Below are positions 20,701-28,910 of a stretch of 64,000 nt of DNA, one piece after another. The notes below the pieces were generated by a model. The model was not told the DNA's origin. It did not search any database and saw only the letters and a program-made list of their open reading frames with translations. Numbering within the stretch: position 1 is the first letter of the stretch; each line of letters begins with the position of its first letter. Position numbers and translations under genes: made by a program. Origin of the DNA: an uncultured Dehalococcoidia bacterium. Lineage in GTDB: Bacteria; Chloroflexota; Dehalococcoidia; DSTF01; JALHUB01. Location of the stretch: contig CAZMGB010000003.1 in NCBI GenBank assembly GCA_964565775.1, forward strand, positions 30,079 to 94,078, read 5' to 3'.

Positions 20701-21932
20701 CTCCGCACGACCTCCTGGGCCATGCCCTGGCGACCGGCGACCTCAACGGCGACGGCCTGGATGACCTGATCGTCGGCGCGCCCTACGCCGACGCCCTGGG
20801 CCGCGGCGGCATCGGCGCGACCTACGTCGTCTTCGGCGCCGACGACCTGCCTTCGCTCGTCGACCTGAGCTCCGCGGCGGACTTCACGCTCTACGGTGAC
20901 GACCCGTACGACCACTCGGGCAGCGCCGTCGCCTCCGCTGACCTCAACGCGGACGGGGTCGACGACCTGATAGTGGGCGCGCCCGCCGCAACAACGTTCG
21001 CTGGCGACGAGGCCGGTGACACGTACGTCCTCTACGGCAACCCCGCCCTGTCGGGCACCTTCGACCTCAGTGGGCGCGCCGCCGACGCGACCATCGCCGG
21101 ACACACCGCCCGCGGGCGCTCCGGCCACGCGCTGGCCGCCGGTGATGTCAACGCCGATGGGCGGGCGGATCTCGTGATCGGAGTGCCTGATGGGGGCGCT
21201 CCGAAGAGGTCCGGCGCCGGGGAAGTCTACATCTTCTACAACGGCAGCCTGCCTCAGGGCAGCCAAGTGAGCGTGAGCGCCGCGAACCTAGCAGTCATGG
21301 GTGACAACACGACTGATCGGGCGGGCTACGCGCTGGCCATCGGCGACGTCAGCGGAGACGGCGTCAGCGACCTCGTTGTGGGGGCACCGGCCGCCGGCGA
21401 GACTTACGTGTTGCGCGGCCGCCCTGACCTTCCCACAGTCCTCGACCTACGCTCTACACCAGCCGATCTGACGGTCTTCGGCGGCCAGAGCGGCGACCGC
21501 TCGGGGTCCGCCCTGGTTGCGGGCGACATCAACGGCGACGGGGCGGGAGACCTTATCATCGGGGCTCCCGGCGCCGACCCGGACGGCCGCGTCGACGCCG
21601 GCGCCGTTCACGCGGTGTATGGCCACGGGGGGGCGGCGCCGGCACCGACGCCTCTGGCGACGGCCACACCCACGCCTCTGGCGACGGCCACACCCACGCC
21701 TGCGCCATCCGCCACCCCAAGCAGCACCCCTTCGCCGACGGACACACCCACGCCTGAGCCAACGATCACACCCACGCTTGCACCGACGAACACATACACG
21801 CCGACGCCGACTGTCACATCGACGCCCACGCCATCCATCACCCCAAGAAGCACCCCTTCGCCGACAGCGAGTCCCTCACCCCCACCGACGGACACGCCAA
21901 TGCCTCCGCCCGTGCCGCCGCCGAGCCCTTAG
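17763..21932 (+). CDS. Giant (1389 aa) cell-surface multihaem cytochrome c fused to a seven-repeat FG-GAP beta-propeller through Pro/Thr-rich linkers
   Basis: N-terminal signal/anchor. About 15 CXXCH motifs plus CX3CH ('CYLSCH'). A PT-rich linker at roughly 19975-20230. Seven FG-GAP repeats ('GDVNGDGRGDLIIGA', 'ADLNGDGIDDLIIGAPGAD', and so on). A C-terminal ~95-aa PT/S-rich tail. Start uncertain (GTG at 17763 or 17787). Confidence 0.85.
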   Translation: MRGSSCLQVKAKWLHLLGAAAALAAAARVSRAARVSVAARSEPRPTTKDAPATPPAAEQRRRGRLLLLGLALALGLTLVLSPVLANVVPSSLPALRRVAGQPESAQVDGSESPHGPFDASTDKCAACHASHTATEAGLLTGRNDEESQNQICTRCHGPGGGAVQVSTHSNKGYDGATEAPFYQLCTDCHDPHSTPNDESGDSVNDHLILSSIGSFTVRLDAQSGEDSYDDGFDDGEQDSVCVACHTTTNHNTNTSTELRGQGHNPVGTDCISCHPHGEDPSTPSGFMPIGGDCLGCHSSAQGDRRQIVDDQQNGQGNGGDFVRASHHVQSATGTVTATDCLVCHDISQHQGGDVRLKDPDSPESIIVYTDGASLENFCVNCHDADGAAQDTTPFSDGVTVPNVKGLSGSTWADSAHKTDAENPLTCFGDGTTGCHSNGHGSNLRALLAPYDGSPGEGNTNEDEGFCYSCHDSDGPASSDVQSDFARLSHHIVDGTNGTQLECTNCHNPHTATTASPLADPDAPATVWTGDERDFCLRCHDGDPPSTVVFPESAAGTGWDKSAIVGTTHDSSLGGVCTSCHQTHGADNQSLLMGQYSRRGSNCADCHNPHGQDPSYDPSEYTACWQCHDQNLVVQQPNAFGNNHDEHVAGANTPCITCHDVHAPYDAGESGLIDFGWADENRIGFNLSWDGNSYDLSSSFVDSGENKGECYLSCHSEEHVPEAYEGVEVDTTFGGASASLLAPSVTPTASLTPSPAVEASPTPTSVFPPTPTPTPTPTPTASPTATLSPTPSATPTATHTPTPTATASPTALATPTASPLPVPAPGPGLRLDGDQDLSVLGGAPGDGAGYALARGDVNGDGRGDLIIGARDADAGARIDAGKTYVIFGATDLPPTLDLSGDSVGLTVTGRGAGGRSGTSLAAADLNGDGIDDLIIGAPGADANGAAYGGRGETYVIYGGDDLPSTIDLASDSADVTISDGAPHDLLGHALATGDLNGDGLDDLIVGAPYADALGRGGIGATYVVFGADDLPSLVDLSSAADFTLYGDDPYDHSGSAVASADLNADGVDDLIVGAPAATTFAGDEAGDTYVLYGNPALSGTFDLSGRAADATIAGHTARGRSGHALAAGDVNADGRADLVIGVPDGGAPKRSGAGEVYIFYNGSLPQGSQVSVSAANLAVMGDNTTDRAGYALAIGDVSGDGVSDLVVGAPAAGETYVLRGRPDLPTVLDLRSTPADLTVFGGQSGDRSGSALVAGDINGDGAGDLIIGAPGADPDGRVDAGAVHAVYGHGGAAPAPTPLATATPTPLATATPTPAPSATPSSTPSPTDTPTPEPTITPTLAPTNTYTPTPTVTSTPTPSITPRSTPSPTASPSPPPTDTPMPPPVPPPSP
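20030..20230 (+). repeat. Low-complexity ACGCC/ACNCC-rich DNA encoding the first Pro/Thr linker
   Basis: Read directly: iterated 'acgcc(g/c)ac' units encoding TPTPTPTPTPTASPTAT... Confidence 0.6.
21648..21695 (+). repeat. Perfect 24-nt tandem duplication (acgcctctggcgacggccacaccc x2) within the C-terminal PT tail
   Basis: Read directly. It encodes TPLATATP twice. Confidence 0.8.
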
Positions 21933-22093
21933 CTTGACACACCGTGACGCCGACCGCCGCCGTCCCTGGTTAGCGCCGTACCCCGGCTTACCCCTATTGG
22001 GTGTTCCGGCGTCGGCCAGTCCAACGCATGGGCAGCAGGAGACGCGCGCCGGGCCGGACCGCCCGCGGGCACCCTGCCTGGCGGCAACAGGAG

Positions 22094-22447
22094 CTAGGAG
22101 GGGGAGGCGCTCCCAACGACGGCTGTGAGAAGATCGTCGGAATCGTTGATGGGCACCAGATGCTTGCTGTAGATGCTGACCGTGTCTTCGCTGGGGTGAA
22201 TGAGAATGATCGACAGGTTGGAGCATTCCTCGAGAAGCCGCCAGAGGGCGTTCCGCCCGCCCTGCTCGACGCTGGCCGGCTCGATGAGCACGGCGGCGGG
22301 TTCGCAGCGGCGCAGGCGCTCCCAGGCATCGGGCTCCCCAAGGTCAATGCCAATTACGTCGATGGAGGGCGAATCGCGGAGGAGCGCCTCGAGCCCTTGG
22401 GCCATCAACGAGCTTCCGCGCAGCACCACGACCCTCCGGCGGCTCAT
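22094..22447 (-). CDS. Stand-alone atypical receiver-like (REC) domain protein, paralogue of 4550-4918
   Basis: 'RRVVVLRGSSLMAQGLEALLR' parallels 'KRIAVLYRNSLLAQGLEAALR'. The putative phospho-acceptor position is Glu ('AAVLIEP'). Confidence 0.45.
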   Translation of the reverse strand: MSRRRVVVLRGSSLMAQGLEALLRDSPSIDVIGIDLGEPDAWERLRRCEPAAVLIEPASVEQGGRNALWRLLEECSNLSIILIHPSEDTVSIYSKHLVPINDSDDLLTAVVGSASPS

Positions 22448-22640
22448 GGACGGGCTCCCTCCCTGTCTCCTTTCGCCCGCTGACGTATCCGGGACGAGGC
22501 TAGCACGAGCGCGAGGCCGACACATGCTTCGGCCGAGTCATTTGTTTGAGCTGTTGGATGCAACGGAGCCTGCATCCCGGCACGAACTCGCACCGACGCC
22601 CCCGGAGACCACGGCGCCCTCAGTGCTACCGGCGGGCGCC

Positions 22641-23309
22641 TCAGGTTTGACCGGGAGGGGAAAGGGTGGCGAGACCGGTGCGCACAGCATAGGCCGCAGC
22701 CTGAGCCCGGTTCTGCATCTGAAGCTTCTCCAGGATGTTGTGGAGGTGACGCTTGACTGTGCTCTCAGCGATGCTCAGGGAGAGGCCGATCTCCCGGTTG
22801 CTGCACCCTTCCACTACTAGCTGCAAGACTTCCTTCTCGCGTTCGGTGATGCCGCCCTGCTGAGCCGCCCCTCCCGACCGAGACAGGCGGGCGAATTCTT
22901 GTAGCACCCGCGTTGCCATGTAAGGGGTGAGAGCCGCCTCCCCGCTGAGAACGCCCCGCAGCTTCTCGAAGAGACGCGAGGCCTTCAGGTTCTTGAGGAG
23001 GTAGCCATCAGCCCCGGCCTTTATCGCCTCGAACAGGTCGTCATCAGTCTCAGAGACCGTCAGGATGATGATCCTTGTCTCCGGAAGCGCCTCCTTGATG
23101 CGGCGGGTGGCCTCCAGGCCATTCATGCGCGGCATGTTGATGTCCATAAGGATGAGGTCAGGGCGGTAGGACATGGCGAGGTCCACAGCCTGCTGGCCAT
23201 CGCCGGCTTCGGCCACGACCCGCACGTCATCCTGGGCGGCGAGAAGCTGCGCGACGCCCTCGCGGAACAACACCTGGTCGTCAGCCAGAATCACTCTCGC
23301 TGCTGGCAT
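22641..23309 (-). CDS. NarL/FixJ-family response regulator
   Basis: 'RVILADDQVLFREG', 'LILMDINMP', LuxR HTH 'ITEREKEVLQLVVEGCSNREIG'. Confidence 0.9.
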   Translation of the reverse strand: MPAARVILADDQVLFREGVAQLLAAQDDVRVVAEAGDGQQAVDLAMSYRPDLILMDINMPRMNGLEATRRIKEALPETRIIILTVSETDDDLFEAIKAGADGYLLKNLKASRLFEKLRGVLSGEAALTPYMATRVLQEFARLSRSGGAAQQGGITEREKEVLQLVVEGCSNREIGLSLSIAESTVKRHLHNILEKLQMQNRAQAAAYAVRTGLATLSPPGQT

Positions 23310-25428
23310 TACTCACTCCTCCTTTGCCGCTGCTGGGTATACGCGCGGCGACAGTGGTCCCTGCTCCCGGCGCGGTCTCGATCTCCAGTTCGCCGCCGAT
23401 GCTCTCGACGCGCTCCCGCATGGTCTGAAGGCCGAAGTGCGACCCGCGCTCAGCCAGCGCCTCGTGCAGGTCGAAACCGCGGCCGTCGTCCCATACGGAG
23501 GCGAGCATGTGGCCGTCGACGACCTCCAGGCGTACCAGAGCCCGCCCGGCGCTGGCATGCTTGCGCACGTTGGCCAGCGCCTCCTGGACTATGCGGATGA
23601 GCTGGATCTCCGCCGCCGCCGATATGGGGCCAGGAGCCCCGTCTCCCACCAGTATCTCTGCCTGGATGCCAGTCTCCGCCCTGAACTTCGCCACGTACTC
23701 GACTAGCCCCTGGAGTAGCCCTTGCTCCGCGAAGGCCCTGCTTCGCAGCTCAAGGATGGAAGCACGGACGTCGCCGTAGCCGCTTTCGGCGGCTTCCTCG
23801 ATCTTGTCGAGCTGGCTTCGCAGTCCCGCGAGGTCGCCCCGAGCCAGGAGCTCGGCGGCAAGGCCGACCTTGAGCCCCAGGAAACCCAACACCTGGGCGA
23901 GACTGTCGTGCATCTCCCTGGCGATACGGTCCCGCTCCTCGAGGACGGCCAAACGCTGGGACTCCGCGTAGAGGCGGGCGTTCTCGAGTACCAAAGAGGT
24001 AGCGCTGGCGAGCCGCGAGAGGATCGGGCGGGCCTCCGCCGGAAAAGCTCGCCGGCCGCGGCTGCCCACGAGCAGCAGCCCCTCCCGCCGGCCTCCCGCC
24101 ATCAGGGGCGCCGCCAGGAGCATCCGCAACCGGTCCTGCGCCATGGCGGCGGCGAGCTCGGGCGCCAGCGCCTGGGCTGCCCGCCAGCCCAACTGGGCAG
24201 GCTCGTCCCCGCCTGCGAGACCGCCCCCCACCTCCACAGCGGCCGGAGCGAGACGCAAAGCGGCCAGGCTCTTCATCCCGTCTCCACTGGCCGCCCGCGT
24301 GACCAACTCTTCCATCGGCTCGTCGCGCAGCAAGAGCGCCGCCACGTCGGCCCTGAGGAGCCCCCGCGCGCGCTCCACCACCGTGGACAACACCTCGTCC
24401 AGGGCTGTGAGGGCCGAGACATCAGAAGTGATCTTGTAGAAGGCTTCCAGCTCATCGGTGCGCTCCTCCACCACTCTCTCCAGGCGCTGGTTCCAGCGCT
24501 GGGCCTGTCGGTGAGCCCGAGTCCGCGCCCGAAGCGCCTCCTCTTGCGCTTGCAGGCGCTCGGCCGTCGCTCGACGGAGCTGCCGGTCGCGCTCCAACTC
24601 GAATACGTTCAGGATGCGTACGACGAAGAACGAGACCGCCGCCGCCGAAAGAGCCCAGAGGATCTGGGGCGGAATGGCGGTCCAGGTAGTGAAGGTAGCA
24701 TAGTTGAGGACGGAGGCCGGGGGATAGGGCACGGGCGCCACTACGATCGCGGCGACCACCGCCGTCAGCAGGAAGGCCCCCGCTGCCCAGATCGTTTGCC
24801 GGGCGATGTGAGGCATGTTGAGAGCGCGGAAGCCGGAAGCCTGCGTCGCAAGGCCGGCCGCCGCGATGACCGAGCCAGGCAGGAAGAGGAGGTAGCGCGA
24901 CCAGACACCGGCGCTGGTGAGCCACTCCTTGCTGGCGACTACGTATGATGCCGAGGCCTCCCAATGGCAACCCAGGCACGGGCCGGTGGCCGGGAGGCTT
25001 GCGTCGCTGATGGAGGCGTAGAGGCCGCGCACCTGCGGGACGGCGAAGCTCGCCACCCAGATCCCCATCAGACCCACAGGCACCCAGCGGACCCAGCGCG
25101 CCTCCACCGAGCTTCCTTGCAGAAGGCTCACGCCGAACTGGAGGAGAAAGAGGGCCGAGAGGGAGGAGAGGGCAAACGCCAGAACTCTTGCTCCCATGCT
25201 GCCCTCGACGCTCACCCCGTCGGTCGCGACCAGGAGGAACATTACCACCCACTGGGCCGCACCCTGCAACAAGCCGAACGCCGCGAGGTAGCGAAGGCTG
25301 AGGGCAAGCCTGGTGCTGGAGCGTCGCGCCTCCAACGCCACGGCCAGCCCCATGGCGAAAAAGATCAGGCCGCAGACGAAGAAGAGCGCTATCGTGTTGG
25401 TTTGGCTGAGAGTCATTCCGCTCGGCAC
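23281..25428 (-). CDS. Membrane sensor histidine kinase (multi-TM N-terminal domain with CXXCH haem-c motif, GAF, HisKA_3, HATPase_c)
   Basis: Seven to eight predicted TM helices. 'PATGPCLGCHWEAS' lies in a loop at nt ~24964-24978. A GAF-like region. H-box 'ERDRIAREMHDSLAQVLGFL'. 'GRGFD...GLQTMRER'. Confidence 0.85.
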   Translation of the reverse strand: MPSGMTLSQTNTIALFFVCGLIFFAMGLAVALEARRSSTRLALSLRYLAAFGLLQGAAQWVVMFLLVATDGVSVEGSMGARVLAFALSSLSALFLLQFGVSLLQGSSVEARWVRWVPVGLMGIWVASFAVPQVRGLYASISDASLPATGPCLGCHWEASASYVVASKEWLTSAGVWSRYLLFLPGSVIAAAGLATQASGFRALNMPHIARQTIWAAGAFLLTAVVAAIVVAPVPYPPASVLNYATFTTWTAIPPQILWALSAAAVSFFVVRILNVFELERDRQLRRATAERLQAQEEALRARTRAHRQAQRWNQRLERVVEERTDELEAFYKITSDVSALTALDEVLSTVVERARGLLRADVAALLLRDEPMEELVTRAASGDGMKSLAALRLAPAAVEVGGGLAGGDEPAQLGWRAAQALAPELAAAMAQDRLRMLLAAPLMAGGRREGLLLVGSRGRRAFPAEARPILSRLASATSLVLENARLYAESQRLAVLEERDRIAREMHDSLAQVLGFLGLKVGLAAELLARGDLAGLRSQLDKIEEAAESGYGDVRASILELRSRAFAEQGLLQGLVEYVAKFRAETGIQAEILVGDGAPGPISAAAEIQLIRIVQEALANVRKHASAGRALVRLEVVDGHMLASVWDDGRGFDLHEALAERGSHFGLQTMRERVESIGGELEIETAPGAGTTVAARIPSSGKGGVSNASSESDSG

Positions 25429-25611
25429 CCCCGCCTTCGCGACCGCTCAGGGGGACGCGGTATCCACCTTCCGCATCTCCATCCGAAGGAGTAGGCGAGG
25501 CTACACACACTTTAGGGGGTCGCGCCCGCGATGGGCGTCGCCCAAAGCCGGTATATGTCGAAGTAAAGGCTGTATCTTGGCGTAGGGTGCTGCCGGCGGA
25601 GGACGAAGGCG

Positions 25612-26271
25612 CTAGGGGTTCAGGTCTATGAGGCCGCTGCGGATGGCGTACTTCACCAGATCGGCGCGCTTGTGCAGGTCCAGCTTGCGCATGAGGCGCG
25701 TGCGGTGGACCTCGACGGTATTGATGCTGATGACCAGACGCTCGGCGATGTCCCGGTTGGAGTGGCCGGCGGCGATCAGCGAAAGCACCTCCCGCTCACG
25801 CGGGGTGAGGCCGTTATAGCTCTGCCGCTCCTCACCCGAGCGGGCCCGCCGCAGGTAGTCGTTGAGGAGCTTTCGGGCCACCGACGGATAGAAATAGGCA
25901 TCGCCGCGACTGGCAGCGCGGATGGCTGTGAAGAGCTCTGAGGGGGCAGCCTCCTTCAACACATAGCCCGAAGCCTCAGCCCCGAGGATCTCGAAGAAGT
26001 ACTCCGGCCTGTCATGGGCGGTGAGGGCCAGCACCTGCACCTCCGGATGTTCGGCGCGGATGCTGCGGGCAACTTCGACACCACCGATTCCGGGCAGCCC
26101 AATGTCCAGCAACACCACATCCGGCGCGAGGGTGGAAACGAGCTCAAGGGCCTCCTCGCCCGTAGACGCCTCCCCCACCACGTCCATGTCTGGCTGTGAT
26201 GCCATGAGAGCCCGGATGCCGGCCCGGAACATCTTATGGTCATCGACCAGGAGGACACGGATGGGCGTCAT
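25612..26271 (-). CDS. NarL/FixJ-family response regulator
   Basis: '[15 protein letters not shown]', 'VVLLDIGLP', LuxR HTH '[22 protein letters not shown]'. Confidence 0.9.
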   Translation of the reverse strand: MTPIRVLLVDDHKMFRAGIRALMASQPDMDVVGEASTGEEALELVSTLAPDVVLLDIGLPGIGGVEVARSIRAEHPEVQVLALTAHDRPEYFFEILGAEASGYVLKEAAPSELFTAIRAASRGDAYFYPSVARKLLNDYLRRARSGEERQSYNGLTPREREVLSLIAAGHSNRDIAERLVISINTVEVHRTRLMRKLDLHKRADLVKYAIRSGLIDLNP

Positions 26272-28025
26272 CTCGCCTCAGTCCCATTCTGGAAAGGAAG
26301 CTCTATGTGTAGGCGTGTCCCCTGTTCGGGCCCCGACTGTACATCCATCGTTCCACCGAAGAGGGAGGCGCGTTCCCGCATTCCCAGCAGTCCCAGGCCG
26401 ACCTCGCCCGAGCGCCGACGCCTTAGGCGCGCGATGTCGAAGCCGACGCCATCATCCTCTACATCGGCAATTACGCGCTCGTCCTCCTCCCACAGCCGGA
26501 TGCTCATCGTCTCTGCCCCGGCATGACGAACGGTGTTGTTAACCGCCTCCTGAACGATGCGGAACAGGGCCGTCTCCATCTCCTGGGGCAGGCGGCGCCT
26601 CAGGCCGGTGGCGTCCCAGCGCAGAGTCACGCCGGCCTCCTCAAGGCGTTCGGCTGTGAACGACCGCAGAGCAGGAACAAGGCCCAGGTCATCGAGGGCG
26701 CTGGGCCGCAGGCCGAGCACCGCCTTGCGCACCTCGCTGATGGCCCCGATCATGAGGTTTCGAACCTCGGCTATCTGCTTCCGGGTCTTCGCCCCCGCCC
26801 GAAGCCCCTCCTCAATGGCCCCCAACTGTACAAGGACAGCGGAGAGCGACTGTATGGCTTCATCGTGCAGCTCTCGGGCGATGCGCTTGCGCTCCTCTTC
26901 CTCGGCGGAGATGACTTTGGCCAGCAGCTCGCCGCGCAGGCGCTCCTTCCGCTGCAGCTCCTCGTACAGGAGGGCATTCTCCAGCGCCACGCCGAGCTGG
27001 TTTCCCACGGCACCGAGGAACTCAACCTCCTCCGCGCCAGGGCGCAACCCGGGAGGAAAGGCCAGGACCAGGGCGCCCACGGTGCGGGACTTGGCCGCCA
27101 GAGGCACGCTCACCAGCCACGGCCCACCACCGTCCGCCTCGCCGGTACGGGGGCCGGGTGGAGGGGGCAAACGCTGAGAGACGGGGCGCCGGCTCTGAAT
27201 CGCCTGTTTGGCGATCTCTAGCCTCTCGCCGGCACCATCGGATAGATCGCCCTGGCTCACGCGCAGCGTCGGCTCCTGCCCTGCCGCATCGGCCACGAAG
27301 ACGGCGGCGCCCCTGACGTTGGTCACCTCCAGCAGTGTCGACAGCACGTCGACGAGCATGACATCCGGGTCGAGGGACTGGGACGCCTTCTCGCCGGTGG
27401 AGATCATGATGCGCAGGCCGCGGCTCTGCTCCAGGGCCTCTGCCTCACGCCGTGCCCGCTGGGTGACCTCGCGCCGCTGCTCCGCCGCGAGGTACGCCCC
27501 GAGAAGCCCTACCAGCAAGAAGACAACACCACGCAGAGCCAGCTCGCCTATCTCCAAGACTCCCCCGCCCAGCCACAAGGCTCCGACGTAGCTCAAGAGG
27601 GCTAGACCGATGGTAGAGAGGACGGCCCACAGGGCCAGCGCGGCGGCAGCGAAGAGGACTACGGGCACGTACGTCAAATAGAGTTCAGGGGGTTCGGACT
27701 TGGCCAGTAGCACGACCGCCGAGTTGAAAAGGAGCAGAAGGCCCGTCCAGCCGTAGAACGGCCAGGCGTTGGCAGCGCCTCCCACGGCGCGTCGCCAGGC
27801 CGGCGAGTAGGTGAGAAGGTTGGCCGCCGCAGCCACAGCGAGAAGCCCGGCCAGCCCGCCGAGGTGCAGCGGTCCGTCGTCTCGATGGTCCAGGACGATC
27901 ACCAGGAGCAGCGCGGCAATGGTGATCCAAGCGATGCTGCTGGCCACCGTCGCCAGCCGCAGCCGAAAGGCAGCGTGCAAAGACCGCTCTACGGGCACAA
28001 CGTCATGAGCCAAGACCGTGTCCAT
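26268..28025 (-). CDS. Membrane sensor histidine kinase (multi-TM N-terminus, GAF, HisKA_3, HATPase_c)
   Basis: About six TM helices. A GAF-like domain. H-box '[22 protein letters not shown]'. '[16 protein letters not shown]'. 4-nt overlap with the downstream RR. Confidence 0.85.
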   Translation of the reverse strand: MDTVLAHDVVPVERSLHAAFRLRLATVASSIAWITIAALLLVIVLDHRDDGPLHLGGLAGLLAVAAAANLLTYSPAWRRAVGGAANAWPFYGWTGLLLLFNSAVVLLAKSEPPELYLTYVPVVLFAAAALALWAVLSTIGLALLSYVGALWLGGGVLEIGELALRGVVFLLVGLLGAYLAAEQRREVTQRARREAEALEQSRGLRIMISTGEKASQSLDPDVMLVDVLSTLLEVTNVRGAAVFVADAAGQEPTLRVSQGDLSDGAGERLEIAKQAIQSRRPVSQRLPPPPGPRTGEADGGGPWLVSVPLAAKSRTVGALVLAFPPGLRPGAEEVEFLGAVGNQLGVALENALLYEELQRKERLRGELLAKVISAEEEERKRIARELHDEAIQSLSAVLVQLGAIEEGLRAGAKTRKQIAEVRNLMIGAISEVRKAVLGLRPSALDDLGLVPALRSFTAERLEEAGVTLRWDATGLRRRLPQEMETALFRIVQEAVNNTVRHAGAETMSIRLWEEDERVIADVEDDGVGFDIARLRRRRSGEVGLGLLGMRERASLFGGTMDVQSGPEQGTRLHIELPFQNGTEAR

Positions 28026-28430
28026 TCCGCGGCAGGCCGCACAACATGGCCGGGCACTGCCCCGCGAATCCGAGCGTCACGGGCGCAAGGCCAGGGTGAG
28101 TCCCGCCCTGGATACGCAGAAGCATACAAGAAAGGGTGAATGCCCGTCCAACGCGACATGCAACCAGGATACACCCTCGCCAGTCCACTTGTCGGCCCCT
28201 TCGGACGCTACAGATAAGACACTAGAGAAGGATACTGCCTCCCCTTCCTAGAATAGTCTCTTTGGGTGATAGTCCTTCGATGCACGCGTTCGTATCTTGA
28301 TTGTGACAGACCGATCACGTGGATTGGGCATCTGCCGTCATGGCCCCGCCTCCGATTACCTGACCCGTCCAGTGCCGATGGCCTTCGCCCCGAGCCCTGG
28401 ACATACCATTCACCTAGGAGGGCAGCAGCC
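28026..28430 (+). promoter_or_regulatory. Upstream non-coding region of the ccm operon (lower GC; SD AGGAGG before ccmE)
   Basis: 405-nt gap. 'AGGAGGGCAGCAGCCATGG' is the ribosome-binding site at 28414-28433. Confidence 0.3.
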
Positions 28431-28892
28431 ATGGAATCGTACAGGGTAAGGGCGGAGGAGGCGCCGCCCGCGTCACGCCCTCGCCGTCCACTCTTCATGC
28501 GGGGTCGATTCCTCATCGCCGGGCTGGTTCTTGCGGGCGCCCTCGGATACCTCATCTATGCGGGGGTGCAGAGCGCATCCATGTACTACTTGAGTGTCAG
28601 CGAGCTGACAACCCGAGGCGAAGCAGCCTACACAGAGGATGTCCGCCTGAGCGGGACTGTCATGGAAGGCTCTGTCCTCCAGGACTCCTCCAGTATGATT
28701 GTCGACTTCGTGGTGACGGACGGCCAGAGCTCCTTGCCCGTCCGGTACGAGGGCGTTCTCCCTGACGCCTTCAAGCCGGGCTCCGACGTAGTGGTGGAGG
28801 GGCGGCTCCTGCCCTCCGGGACCTTTCGCGCCTCCACGCTGTTGGCCAAGTGTCCCAGCAAGTACGAGCCAGCCAAGCCAGAGACGAGCTAG
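28431..28892 (+). CDS. ccmE: Cytochrome c maturation haem chaperone CcmE, CXXXY variant
   Basis: N-terminal TM, OB-fold region 'VDFVVTDGQSSLPVRYEGVLPDAFKPGSDVVVEGRL'. 'LAKCPSKYEP' stands in place of the canonical 'LAKHDENYTP' (Cys codon at 28851). Confidence 0.85.
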   Translation: MESYRVRAEEAPPASRPRRPLFMRGRFLIAGLVLAGALGYLIYAGVQSASMYYLSVSELTTRGEAAYTEDVRLSGTVMEGSVLQDSSSMIVDFVVTDGQSSLPVRYEGVLPDAFKPGSDVVVEGRLLPSGTFRASTLLAKCPSKYEPAKPETS

Positions 28893-28910
28893 AGAGGACG
28901 CGCGACCGGA

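Noticed and set aside
20230-21620. RGD tripeptide ('GDVNGDGRGDLII') as a functional integrin-binding motif
   Set aside because: It sits inside a canonical FG-GAP Ca-binding loop where G/D/R residues are compositionally expected. There is no evidence for function.
844-25510. Long antisense or out-of-frame ORFs (for example 844-1698, 1702-3006, 4365-5168, 5589-6776, 10197-11420, 16802-18130, 18970-19614, 19886-20764, 20451-21266, 23722-24948, 24452-25510)
   Set aside because: They are Arg/Pro/Gly/Ala-rich and lack domains, RBS or TM/signal logic. They overlap confidently assigned genes on the opposite strand or in another frame. Such ORFs are the typical product of roughly 67% GC.
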